From NCBI GenBank assembly GCA_038882975.1, contig JAVZNE010000001.1, positions 321,997 through 385,996 on the forward strand: DNA of 64,000 bases, read 5' to 3'. This document shows positions 1 through 8,777 of this stretch, piece by piece (positions within the stretch are counted from its first letter, which is position 1; each line of letters opens with the position of its first letter). Origin of the DNA: Candidatus Bathyarchaeia archaeon. Its GTDB lineage: Archaea; Thermoproteota; Bathyarchaeia; Bathyarchaeales; Bathycorpusculaceae. The notes beneath the pieces are model-generated. The model was given only the letters and a program-made list of their open reading frames with translations. It ran no database searches and was not told the origin of the DNA. A program made the translations under genes and the position numbers.

Positions 1-1
1 T

Positions 2-688
2 ATGGGTTTGCTTGACGATTGGATGGACTTACGATGGCGTTACAAGGCTTTCTTTCCACTGGTGGCAGCTGTTCCATTGATGGCTTTGGCTTACAGGATG
101 GGTATTGCCCGAACGGCTATTACGCTTCCATGGTTAGGAACCGTCAATTTTGGCGCATATTATTTCTTTATTTTGATTCCGCTGATTGTAACGGTGGTCA
201 CCAACACTGTTAACCAGTTAGGTGGGCTGAACGGTTTGGAAACCGTTTGCCCCGCCATTGTTTTGATTGGACTTATGACTGCTTCTGGAAAAAACGCTGT
301 TTTGTTAACGCTTCCTTTGGCTGTTTGGCTTGTGCTTGCCTTTTTCAATTTTCGAGGGAAAATTTTTGTTGGTAATACTGGCTCGTTTGCTATTGGAATT
401 ACTTTAGCTGCTTTTGCAATAATTTCAGATGTCAAATGGTGCTTACTGATTTCGCTTATACCCTACATAATCAATTCTTCCATGATTTTATTGAACTACT
501 TCTTTTTCCGAACTAAAGCGAATGTCTCTTTCGATGGAAAGAGGCTCCACTCAGACCATAGGAGAAGCCTAATAACGCTCATTACTTATAAGCGGCCTAT
601 GACTGAGCGGCAAGTAGTTGCCGTTATAGCCTTTTTAGTTGCAGTTTCAACTTTTGCAGCTGTTGTTGCTCAACTCCTTTTGTTTTAG
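2..688 (+). CDS. Polyprenyl-phosphate GlcNAc-1-phosphate transferase (GPT/MraY family), 5' truncated by window edge
   Basis: Multi-TM; GLLDD, NTVNQLGGLNGLE and KIFVGNTGS motifs of the MraY/GPT family. Confidence 0.8.
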   Translation: MGLLDDWMDLRWRYKAFFPLVAAVPLMALAYRMGIARTAITLPWLGTVNFGAYYFFILIPLIVTVVTNTVNQLGGLNGLETVCPAIVLIGLMTASGKNAVLLTLPLAVWLVLAFFNFRGKIFVGNTGSFAIGITLAAFAIISDVKWCLLISLIPYIINSSMILLNYFFFRTKANVSFDGKRLHSDHRRSLITLITYKRPMTERQVVAVIAFLVAVSTFAAVVAQLLLF

Positions 689-848
689 GGCTGTATGTAA
701 CAAAACACTACACACAAAAGGCAAAAATTGGTTGAAGGCGAGGCTTAATCACGGAGGTTGTTAAGGAAAAGCCGAATTCGGCGTATAGGCTTAATGTGAG
801 GAATCAGCTATTTGCCCCACACTTCATGTTCCAAATGTTTCGGTTAAA

Positions 849-1292
849 GTGGATGTTACGAGTATTGTAGGGGTTAAGCTGGACATTAAAGGTGGGGCTG
901 GGACAGTTAATTTTGATGTTAAGGCAAGGCTTGAAGAGAGGGAAAGGCGAAGTCAAATGGTTGTTGTTGGCTTTAACCTCCAACTGACAACGAAACCTAG
1001 CATTGTTAAATTTGAGGTTGAAGGAACTGCAACGCTTACAGGGAAGGATACGGAGATAAACAAGATGCTGGAGGTTGACCCTGAAACAAAGGTGCCCTAT
1101 GTTTTTCAGAAGGTTTATCAACACACTTTTACAACCATGTATTTGCTCTCAACTATTCTGAATACGCCTCCGCCACCAATAGACCTCCTCCTTTTCAGAG
1201 GGGAAGAAGCGTCAGCTGGGGGAGTTGCCATTGAGCCTGAAGCAGCCGTAAAAGTTGAGGGAGAGGCTGAAGAAGCGGAAAAAGAGGGCTGA
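849..1292 (+). CDS. Hypothetical protein, possible SecB-like fold, acidic C-terminal tail
   Basis: Alternating beta-strand pattern, then helix and PPPP motif; true start may lie near 810-812. Confidence 0.55.
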   Translation: MDVTSIVGVKLDIKGGAGTVNFDVKARLEERERRSQMVVVGFNLQLTTKPSIVKFEVEGTATLTGKDTEINKMLEVDPETKVPYVFQKVYQHTFTTMYLLSTILNTPPPPIDLLLFRGEEASAGGVAIEPEAAVKVEGEAEEAEKEG

Positions 1293-1303
1293 CAAAATAA
1301 CAC

Positions 1304-1399
1304 TTTTATAGTTGCTTTGTTGTTATGCTGTTTGTTGGCGGGTGAGTGGGACCTCCCACCCGTTCCGCCATATAAACCCCGGTGTAGGGAGGTGAAAAA
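1304..1399 (+). promoter_or_regulatory. TATA box plus structured 5' leader (candidate riboswitch) of the QueT-family gene
   Basis: TTTTATA 1304-1310; GGCGG 1337-1341 / CCGCC 1365-1369 stem; ACCTCCC 1351-1357 complementary to SD GGGAGGT 1387-1393. Confidence 0.55.
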
Positions 1400-1903
1400 T
1401 TGAAATTTGATAGTAAAGATTTGGCTTTGACGGTGGTTTTTGCGGCTTTGTATGCTGCTGGAGTGATTTTTCTGGCGCCCATAAGCTTTGGGATATATCA
1501 GGTGAGGGTTGCTGATGCGCTTTTGCCCTTGTCGGTGGTTTTCGGTATGCCAGTTGCCCTCGGAACAGGGGTAGGATGTTTGGTTGCCAACGTTTACGGT
1601 GGACTGGGCATAATTGATGTTGTTGGCGGCAGTGTTGCAAATTTTGTTGCATGCGTTTTGGCTTGGCTTATCGGTGGAGAGAGTATTGTACGTAGACTCG
1701 TGGCGTGTTTCGTGGAGACCGTCACAATAACGATTATTGTTGGAGGATACTTGGCGCTTATATTCAATGTTCCAGTGGAGGTTGGATTGTTTGGCATTTT
1801 CATAGGCTCTATTGTAGCGATTAATATCCTCGGATTTGCGATTCTAGAGGCTTTAAATCGGAGCCGCATAGGCAAAAGATATGCGAGAAGCGGTGGAAAC
1901 TAA
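1400..1903 (+). CDS. queT: QueT-family ECF transporter S component (queuosine/archaeosine precursor or vitamin uptake)
   Basis: Hydrophobic 167 aa; APISFGIYQVRVADAL motif; strong SD before TTG. Confidence 0.8.
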   Translation: MKFDSKDLALTVVFAALYAAGVIFLAPISFGIYQVRVADALLPLSVVFGMPVALGTGVGCLVANVYGGLGIIDVVGGSVANFVACVLAWLIGGESIVRRLVACFVETVTITIIVGGYLALIFNVPVEVGLFGIFIGSIVAINILGFAILEALNRSRIGKRYARSGGN

Positions 1904-1908
1904 AAAAT

Positions 1909-4593
1909 TCACATGAAACGTTCCAGCTTTGTCAACCCTATTATTTCGTCGAAGTCTAAGCCTAATGCGTCTAAAACTTGGTCGAAGGTTGAGTGCAGAT
2001 AAGCCACATATTTGTCCACATCTATCTCATTTTTCGTTGCTAGTTCCACTGGTTTTACGTGAGGCTCGTTCACCACCTTTACAAAGCTTATTAGGTCTCC
2101 GGCTTTGAGTTCCATTCCACTTTCTTTTAGGATTCTTGCGGCTTTCACGTGTTGTGGCGTTGTCTTTGTGTAGCGTTCTGGTTCTTCGCCTAAAACCACG
2201 TTGAAGGCTAGTTCGTTTAGGCTTTCCCATTCACGTCTTTTTAGGCGTATGTAACAGTCGCGGATTGTTTGGATAATATCTTTTTTGGCTGCTTCGAAGT
2301 CTGCTGGCGTTTTCACTGTGGCTAGGCGTTCTTTCATTTTGTCAAAAGCTTTCTTGATGAATATGGGGATGTGGCGTTTCTTGCCCGTCAAACCCTTAAC
2401 GTCTACACTTCCGTCTTCCAGTACACCCAGATAGTTCTTTTTGCGGGAGCTGAAGACTGCGTAGCGGTAAACCTTGTCCACGTCTAAGCCCATTTTAAGC
2501 TCGCGTTCAGTCCATTCTTCTAGTTCGTGTATTTGCTCTTTTGATGGGTTTTTTAGGAAGACGCTGTCTGTGTCGCCGTAAAGCACTTGTATGCCCAGCT
2601 CATCAGCCCTCTTAATTATTTGGGTTATGGCGTGCCTCCCTATGGCTGCTGTGGCTTCAGCCACTGGGGGGCAGTAGAGGTCGAAGGTTTCCGCTCCAAA
2701 AACGCCGTAGCTGGCGTTTAAAATAACTTTTAATGCGCCTTGAATAATATTGTACCAGCTTCTAACTTCTGGTGGCAGAGCCTTATCCTTAGATTTTGGC
2801 TTGTACCATTGGACCCGCAAGTCCCTAAGGGAGCCTATTAGGAGGCTTTCTAGGGTGCGTTTTTTGCGGCAGACCCAGTGGGGCGTGTCCGGCACAAGGT
2901 TTGTTTGGCACTCTGGATGCCCACACAAGATGGACTGGTAGCCCAGGTTCCAAACTTTTATTATTGATGGGTATAGGCTTGGGAAGTCCATTACTGCGAC
3001 GTTGAAGTGGACGCCTGGCACTGGTTCGACTACTATGGCGCCCTTGTATTTTTTACCCTTTATTATGGCTTTTGTGGCTGTCTTGCCCTTTAGGGCTAGT
3101 ATGTCTTCAGCGTTTGGGATGAGCATTTTTTTTCTGCGGTGTTCGCGGTGCATGAAATTTCTTATCCAGCGGGATACGCCTTGTCGGCTTACATCCTCCA
3201 TTGGCATGCTGCTTATCCTAGCCAAAACGAGAATCAACTTTAAGACCAGCTCGTCTTCGAAGCTTGTGAGTTTGTAGGTGATTTCGGCGTCTCTGAAGCA
3301 GTATTTTGCAAGTTCCGTGTATGTTAGTTCGCCTATTCCCTTTTCAAGCGTTATCTTGTCCAAGCCCACAAGTGCCCTTCCAACGTCGCCTAAAGTTACG
3401 TCTCGGTAGCGGTTGTTGAAGGCGTAAATTTGTATGGAGCGGTTGAAGAAGAACTTGTAAAGGTCTATGTGAACACCATACTTTAGGAGGCAAACCCGTT
3501 TGCCAATCTCTATTGGGATTTCATCCCTCTTAAAGCCGTGGTTTTCTGCTCTATGCGCTAAATATCGTAGGTCGAAGTCGTCGCCATTGAAGGTTATCAC
3601 AAATGGGTAGTTCCACAAAACCTCAAAAACAGCCCTTATCAGCTTCTCTTCAGAATCGAAATATTCTATTTGAACGTCTGCTGGTAAACGTTCCGAGCCC
3701 TCGCGAACCCCTTCCCTTTTTAGGAGGAGAACCCGCTTTTGCCCATCTGAACTGTATAGGGAGACACAGACTATCGGGTAGGCTGCCTCGCGGGGGTCTG
3801 GCATCCGGGTTGGTATGGGCGAGTAAACCTCAATGTCCATGGCGACATAACGGAACTTTGGAGCCGGATACTCCAGAAGCCTAGCCCACTGCTCGATGTA
3901 TTGACGTTCTTCAGCGGCAGCCCCCTTAAAAGTGCTAACTATTTGCTGAATCGTTTTCTCCGCCTCTTCTAGGCGTTTTGACACAAGATTGCCATTCTTA
4001 ACCTCGTAAACCATACCGGGCAAAAGTCCACGATCATAAATGTAGGATTGGTAGTACTTTATCTTGGACTCCCAAACTTTGATGGATTCTACAGAAACTG
4101 GAACATCTGCAACCTTTGGAAAGTCCTCTGGAATAATATCCCTTATGCAGCCTTTTGGGCGTCCCCCAATAGCCAGCGGGTCCTTAGCCACAATCTTTGT
4201 CACTTTGACCGGCTTATCCAAAAGGGGGTCAAACTTCTCCTCGATTTCAAAGTGATCGAAGCCCGGATGCTTCATTAATCGGTCGATTTTTTCAAGCTCG
4301 AATGGCGAAAGGTTTGTGTAGCAGTAGGGCTTATGACCAGTGTTATCATACCAGAAGTAGATTCGCCCAGAAACCGGCTCGTAAAGCTTTAGGAGGGCTT
4401 TTCCAGCTTTGCCATCATAAGTGGCTGAAACAAAATATGAGGGGGGAAGGTTTTCAGGCGCTGTTGGCGGAAAACCCCTCTGTTTTCGCTCTTTTTCTAT
4501 GGATTCTGTGAAGGGTAGGGCTTCCGCTTTTGGTTCTTGGGGCTTAGCCACCGGTATTGAAAACTCGTCTAATCGCCTTTGAGCCATAACCAC
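1909..4593 (-). CDS. polB1: Family B DNA polymerase, PolB1 type
   Basis: DIEVY and FNGDDFD exonuclease motifs, DFPSLYPS, KVILNASYG, YGDTDS; no intein. Confidence 0.93.
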   Translation of the reverse strand: MVMAQRRLDEFSIPVAKPQEPKAEALPFTESIEKERKQRGFPPTAPENLPPSYFVSATYDGKAGKALLKLYEPVSGRIYFWYDNTGHKPYCYTNLSPFELEKIDRLMKHPGFDHFEIEEKFDPLLDKPVKVTKIVAKDPLAIGGRPKGCIRDIIPEDFPKVADVPVSVESIKVWESKIKYYQSYIYDRGLLPGMVYEVKNGNLVSKRLEEAEKTIQQIVSTFKGAAAEERQYIEQWARLLEYPAPKFRYVAMDIEVYSPIPTRMPDPREAAYPIVCVSLYSSDGQKRVLLLKREGVREGSERLPADVQIEYFDSEEKLIRAVFEVLWNYPFVITFNGDDFDLRYLAHRAENHGFKRDEIPIEIGKRVCLLKYGVHIDLYKFFFNRSIQIYAFNNRYRDVTLGDVGRALVGLDKITLEKGIGELTYTELAKYCFRDAEITYKLTSFEDELVLKLILVLARISSMPMEDVSRQGVSRWIRNFMHREHRRKKMLIPNAEDILALKGKTATKAIIKGKKYKGAIVVEPVPGVHFNVAVMDFPSLYPSIIKVWNLGYQSILCGHPECQTNLVPDTPHWVCRKKRTLESLLIGSLRDLRVQWYKPKSKDKALPPEVRSWYNIIQGALKVILNASYGVFGAETFDLYCPPVAEATAAIGRHAITQIIKRADELGIQVLYGDTDSVFLKNPSKEQIHELEEWTERELKMGLDVDKVYRYAVFSSRKKNYLGVLEDGSVDVKGLTGKKRHIPIFIKKAFDKMKERLATVKTPADFEAAKKDIIQTIRDCYIRLKRREWESLNELAFNVVLGEEPERYTKTTPQHVKAARILKESGMELKAGDLISFVKVVNEPHVKPVELATKNEIDVDKYVAYLHSTFDQVLDALGLDFDEIIGLTKLERFM

Positions 4594-4647
4594 TCTTAAC
4601 CTAACCTAAATATCACCGGCAACAGACTAAAAACCTTACTAGCCCCT

Positions 4648-5889
4648 TCAGCAGTGTATATTGCGCTCTTCGCTTTCGATTTTTGTAATGAATTGCTTCA
4701 ACGTCATCATACCTATGTGCCCAAAACCATGTCTTCTGACAGAAACCTTTTTGGCTTTTAATTCACGTTTACCGAGGATTATCATGTAAGGGATTTTCTG
4801 AACTTCAGCTTCCCTAATCTTATAATTGATTGTTGACTGACTTTCTTCAATTTCCGACCTAACTCCATTTGACTCAAGTTTTTCATGGATTTTCTTAGCG
4901 TATGACAAGTATTTGTCTCCCATGGGTAATATTCGCACTTGCACTGGTGAAAGCCAAAGCGGAAGATTGCCCTTAAAATGTTCGAGAAGTAGGGCGAAGA
5001 ATCTTTCTATTGTCCCGAGGAGGGCTCTATGAATCATGATTGCCCCGTGTTTCTTTCCATCTGGACCCACATATGTTACATTGAAGCGTTTTGGAAGGTT
5101 AAAGTCAAACTGAATTGTTGAGCATTGCCACTTTCTTCCAGAGGCATCCTCTATGTAAAGGTCGATTTTCGGACCGTAGAAAACGGCTTCTCCGGGCATC
5201 TCTCTGTACCTCAGTCCTTTCCTTTTTAGGGCTTTTGCTAATGCTTTTTGAGCTTGGCTCCAGTCTTCATCAGAACCCATGTATTTTTCAGGCTGGCTTT
5301 CATCTCTGGTTGATAGAACCACCTCGTATTTGTGGAAGCCGAAACGTTTGAGGATGTGCTCTGTAAAGTCTAAGAGTTTTAGGATTTCATCTTCCATTTG
5401 TTCTGGTGTGCAGAAAATGTGGGCGTCGTCCTGTGTTAACCCTCTAACCCGCAATAGCCCATGCAGTGTGCCGGATCGTTCATATCTATAGACGGTACCC
5501 CATTCCGCGTATTTTATTGGCAGTTCTTTGTAGCTTCTGGGTTTTGCCTTATATATTTGTATGGGGAAGGGGCAATTCATGGGTTTTACAACATAGAGTT
5601 CGCCTTCCTTCTCGAAGGTATACATGTTTTCCATGTAGTAATCCAGGTGCCCAGAAATTTTCCAAAGCTCTCCTCTTGCAATATGAGGGGTACAGACAAG
5701 CTCATAGCCGCCTTTAATGTGTTCTTCTTCCCAAAAATTTCTGATTATCCTTCGAACGGTTGTGCCTTTTGGGTGCCAAAGCACTAGTCCTACGCCAACA
5801 TCTTCATTTATGGAGAACATATCCAAACGTTGACCAAGAACTCTGTGGTCTGTGTCCGACAGGTCCTTTATTTGCACCTTGTCTTTCAA
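4648..5889 (-). CDS. thrS: Threonyl-tRNA synthetase, bacterial-type catalytic plus anticodon domains, no editing domain
   Basis: KPMNCP, YRYERSG, QDDAHIF, FYGPKID, IHRALLG motifs; 413 aa. Confidence 0.9.
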   Translation of the reverse strand: MKDKVQIKDLSDTDHRVLGQRLDMFSINEDVGVGLVLWHPKGTTVRRIIRNFWEEEHIKGGYELVCTPHIARGELWKISGHLDYYMENMYTFEKEGELYVVKPMNCPFPIQIYKAKPRSYKELPIKYAEWGTVYRYERSGTLHGLLRVRGLTQDDAHIFCTPEQMEDEILKLLDFTEHILKRFGFHKYEVVLSTRDESQPEKYMGSDEDWSQAQKALAKALKRKGLRYREMPGEAVFYGPKIDLYIEDASGRKWQCSTIQFDFNLPKRFNVTYVGPDGKKHGAIMIHRALLGTIERFFALLLEHFKGNLPLWLSPVQVRILPMGDKYLSYAKKIHEKLESNGVRSEIEESQSTINYKIREAEVQKIPYMIILGKRELKAKKVSVRRHGFGHIGMMTLKQFITKIESEERNIHC

Positions 5890-6096
5890 AATTTCAGCGG
5901 GGTTTTTAGGGGCTAGATTTTCGCTTACAAGACGTTTAGACTTGTGTTTCTAAATACCCCATTTCAACCACAAAGTCAACAAGTGCCGCGGTTCTATTTA
6001 TTCTTTGTTCTGTTGGAAAATGTGCGCATCGCCTATTATGGAAACTTTTAATCCTTAAAGCGCTTTTCTATTGCTGTTTAGCCGAGTGAAAATGGC

Positions 6097-7449
6097 ATGC
6101 TAAGAGAGGCTTGGTCTCTAGCCATTGAGGCTTTAAGCTGGATGGAGAAAGCGCAAATAAGCGAGCGTCTAGCCATAGCCAGAACAGCCAAACAGCTGGA
6201 AATAAGCGACATTGACGCTTTACGCTTTGCTCACAGTCTTGTCTGTGAAACCGTCCGGCGCCGCAACCTCATAGACCGCTTCATAAACGAGGTTTTGAAG
6301 CCAAAATCCATAAGCGAACTCACCTTGGGCGTCCAGTCCTTTTTGAGGCTTTATGTTTACCAAACGAGGGTTGCCAAAGACTGGGGAAAAATTGACTTTG
6401 AAGAAGCAAAAAACATCGTGCGACTTGCCCGCTCAATCTTAGGATGGAGAACCCTCCAAAATGTTGAGCCCTTTCTGGGCTTGCTTTTAACAGAAAGCCC
6501 CAACACCATTCTAAAAGCCGTGGGCGACGAGGAAAGAGTGGGACTTTTAACCTTTCATCCAACATGGTTTGTGCGGTACTGCTTCAAACTTTTCGGCAGA
6601 AAAGAAGCCATAACCATGCTTGAGGCAAACCTGAAAGCCCCGCCAACCTACATTAGGCTTAACACACTAATGGGAAGTGAAAATGAAATTTTGACAAGGC
6701 TAGCCGAAGAAAAGATAAGGGTTGAAAAGGTTGATGGGTTACGCTATGCCTACAAAGTTTTAGGCACAAAAACCCCGCTGACAAGAACCAAAAGCTTCAG
6801 CGAAGGCTTGTTCTACATTCAAGACAAGGCTAGTTGTTATGCAGCCGAAGTGGCAAACCCGCAGCCGGGAACAGTGCTTTTGGACGTGTGTGCGGCTCCG
6901 GGTGCCAAAACCACCTATTTAGCTCAGCTTATGCAGAACCGAGGCGCAATCTATTCAATAGACTTTTCGAGGCGTAGGATGGACGTTTGGAAAAGCGAAA
7001 TTGCAAGAATGGGTGTGGAAATTGCCGAGCCAATAATTGCTGACGCATGCAACCCGTTGCCATTCTCCATAGAGGCTGACGTGGTAGTTTTAGACCCGCC
7101 ATGCACAAGCACTGGAGCCTTCGCAAAGATTCCATCAGCCAAATGGAGGCTTACACAACGCTCTGTTGAAAAAATGGCCGAAATCCAGTGGCAGATGCTG
7201 GAAAACTGCGCAGAAAAAGTCAAGCCGGATGGCACATTAATCTACTCCACTTGCAGCATAACAGTTGAAGAAAATGAAATGCTTATTGAACGATTTTTGA
7301 AGTGGCATCCCGAGTTCTCGCTGGCTGAAATAACACCAAAAATTGGGCTTCCTGGATTGAGGGGGATGCAAAAATGTCAGAGGCTTTACCCCCACATCCA
7401 CGAGTGCAACGGCTACTTCATAGCAAAGCTGTTAAGGAACAAAACATAA
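6097..7449 (+). CDS. RsmB/NOL1/NOP2/Sun RNA m5C methyltransferase with NusB-like N-terminus
   Basis: QDKAS, DVCAAPGAKT, DPPCTSTG, YSTCS motifs. Confidence 0.9.
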   Translation: MLREAWSLAIEALSWMEKAQISERLAIARTAKQLEISDIDALRFAHSLVCETVRRRNLIDRFINEVLKPKSISELTLGVQSFLRLYVYQTRVAKDWGKIDFEEAKNIVRLARSILGWRTLQNVEPFLGLLLTESPNTILKAVGDEERVGLLTFHPTWFVRYCFKLFGRKEAITMLEANLKAPPTYIRLNTLMGSENEILTRLAEEKIRVEKVDGLRYAYKVLGTKTPLTRTKSFSEGLFYIQDKASCYAAEVANPQPGTVLLDVCAAPGAKTTYLAQLMQNRGAIYSIDFSRRRMDVWKSEIARMGVEIAEPIIADACNPLPFSIEADVVVLDPPCTSTGAFAKIPSAKWRLTQRSVEKMAEIQWQMLENCAEKVKPDGTLIYSTCSITVEENEMLIERFLKWHPEFSLAEITPKIGLPGLRGMQKCQRLYPHIHECNGYFIAKLLRNKT

Positions 7450-7474
7450 CAAGACTGTAAGGAGGCAGAATAAT

Positions 7475-7758
7475 TTGAAAGGTTGTAAATTAATTGGGAA
7501 GATTGTAAAAGTTGAAGGCGAATGCTCAGCGGGACACCACGTCGGAGAGAATTCGACTTAACACTTTACTCTGAAGAAGAAAACAAAAGCCTTAGAGCCC
7601 CAAACATCTGCGGTTTTTTCTATAACGCCATTTTTCCGTACCTAGTGGCTTTGCAATTCGGCAGAGCCTTCCCACGGGAAGAAGACAAAGACACTTTCAC
7701 TTCTGGCTGCCCAGACCGCCAAAAAGTTGTAATTGAAATTAAGAGAGTTAAAAAATGA
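7475..7758 (+). pseudogene. TIGR04076-like small Cys-containing protein split by a -1 frameshift (or sequence error)
   Basis: SD GGAGG 7461-7465, TTG 7475 gives MKGCKLIGKIVKVEGECSAGHHVGE; continuation EFDL...CGFFYNAIFPY...GCPD is in another frame from 7549. Confidence 0.6.
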
Positions 7759-7762
7759 AGAT

Positions 7763-8662
7763 CTAACCCCTTCTCGCTTTTTCTACGCCACATAATATTT
7801 CAAAGATCACTTTTGCAGCTTGTATAGCCGTCACTCCGCTATCATAGTTTGGCGCAACTTCAACCACATCAAAACCAACAACACGCTTGTCGCAAATACC
7901 GCATAGAATTTCCAGTAAAGTGTAACTTTCAAGACCCTCTGGTTCGGGATTTTGCACTGCTGGAGCATAGGCTGGGTCCAGAACATCCATATCCACGGAA
8001 ATATAAACGTTTTTAACATCGGAGAGCTTCCGCTTCAAAATTTTCAGCGTCTGCTCTACGCCTTCCTCTCTAATTTGTTGGGCTGTTACAAATTTGATTC
8101 CGACTTTCTCCGCATAGGCGAGCTCTTCTCTGCAGACAGCCCTTGTGCCAATCTCCAATATCTTGGCTGGCTTCAACTGCTCATTTAGCCTTCGCATAAA
8201 GGTTGTGTGGGAAAACCTCAAACCCATGAACTCGTTCCGCAAATCAAGATGTGCATCAAAACTTAAAATGGCCGTCTTGGAAACTTTATTGCCAAAACCC
8301 TTCAAAACGCCCAATGTGACCGTGTGCTCCCCACCAATAGTAATGGGTGTTTTCCCAGCCTCCAAGGTTTCACCAACAACCTTTGCAAGCCTTTCAAGGG
8401 TTTGCGCCGTGTCCATTGACACATGCAAGTCGCCCAAATCGTGAATTCGCAGTTCTTCAACATCTCCGCCGCTGCGAAAACTGTAGGTTTCAATGTTTAG
8501 GGAAGCCTTCCTTATGGCGTTGGGTCCAAACCTTGCTCCAGTCCGGTAAGTGCTTGTAGCGTCAAATGGCACGCCTAAAACCACGTAGTCAGCTTCTTCA
8601 AAAGTCTTTTGAAAGCCGCTGAAGACTGTTGAGTGCGAAACGTATAAGTCGCGATAACTCAT
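7763..8662 (-). CDS. speB: Agmatinase
   Basis: GGEHTVT, DAHLD, SVDMDVLDP ureohydrolase motifs; GARFGP. Confidence 0.92.
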   Translation of the reverse strand: MSYRDLYVSHSTVFSGFQKTFEEADYVVLGVPFDATSTYRTGARFGPNAIRKASLNIETYSFRSGGDVEELRIHDLGDLHVSMDTAQTLERLAKVVGETLEAGKTPITIGGEHTVTLGVLKGFGNKVSKTAILSFDAHLDLRNEFMGLRFSHTTFMRRLNEQLKPAKILEIGTRAVCREELAYAEKVGIKFVTAQQIREEGVEQTLKILKRKLSDVKNVYISVDMDVLDPAYAPAVQNPEPEGLESYTLLEILCGICDKRVVGFDVVEVAPNYDSGVTAIQAAKVIFEILCGVEKARRG

Positions 8663-8777
8663 TCTCTGCACCCCTTTGGAGCTGAACGGCTAAACAGTTT
8701 AGCCTATGAAGTTCTAAACTCTTTCGCTTTATATGTGAGAATTAGAGGCTTCTTAACGCTGGATGAATTGTTGATGG

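Noticed and set aside
1909-4593. Intein in PolB
   Set aside because: Motif spacing is normal and no splice-junction motifs are visible
5890-5970. In-frame TAG upstream of the short thrS and uORF MGYLETQV
   Set aside because: The extension shows no ThrRS similarity and the uORF has a single Thr codon
5983-5993. AACCGCGGCAC shared with 51383-51393
   Set aside because: Only two copies of an 11-mer with inconsistent context; chance cannot be excluded
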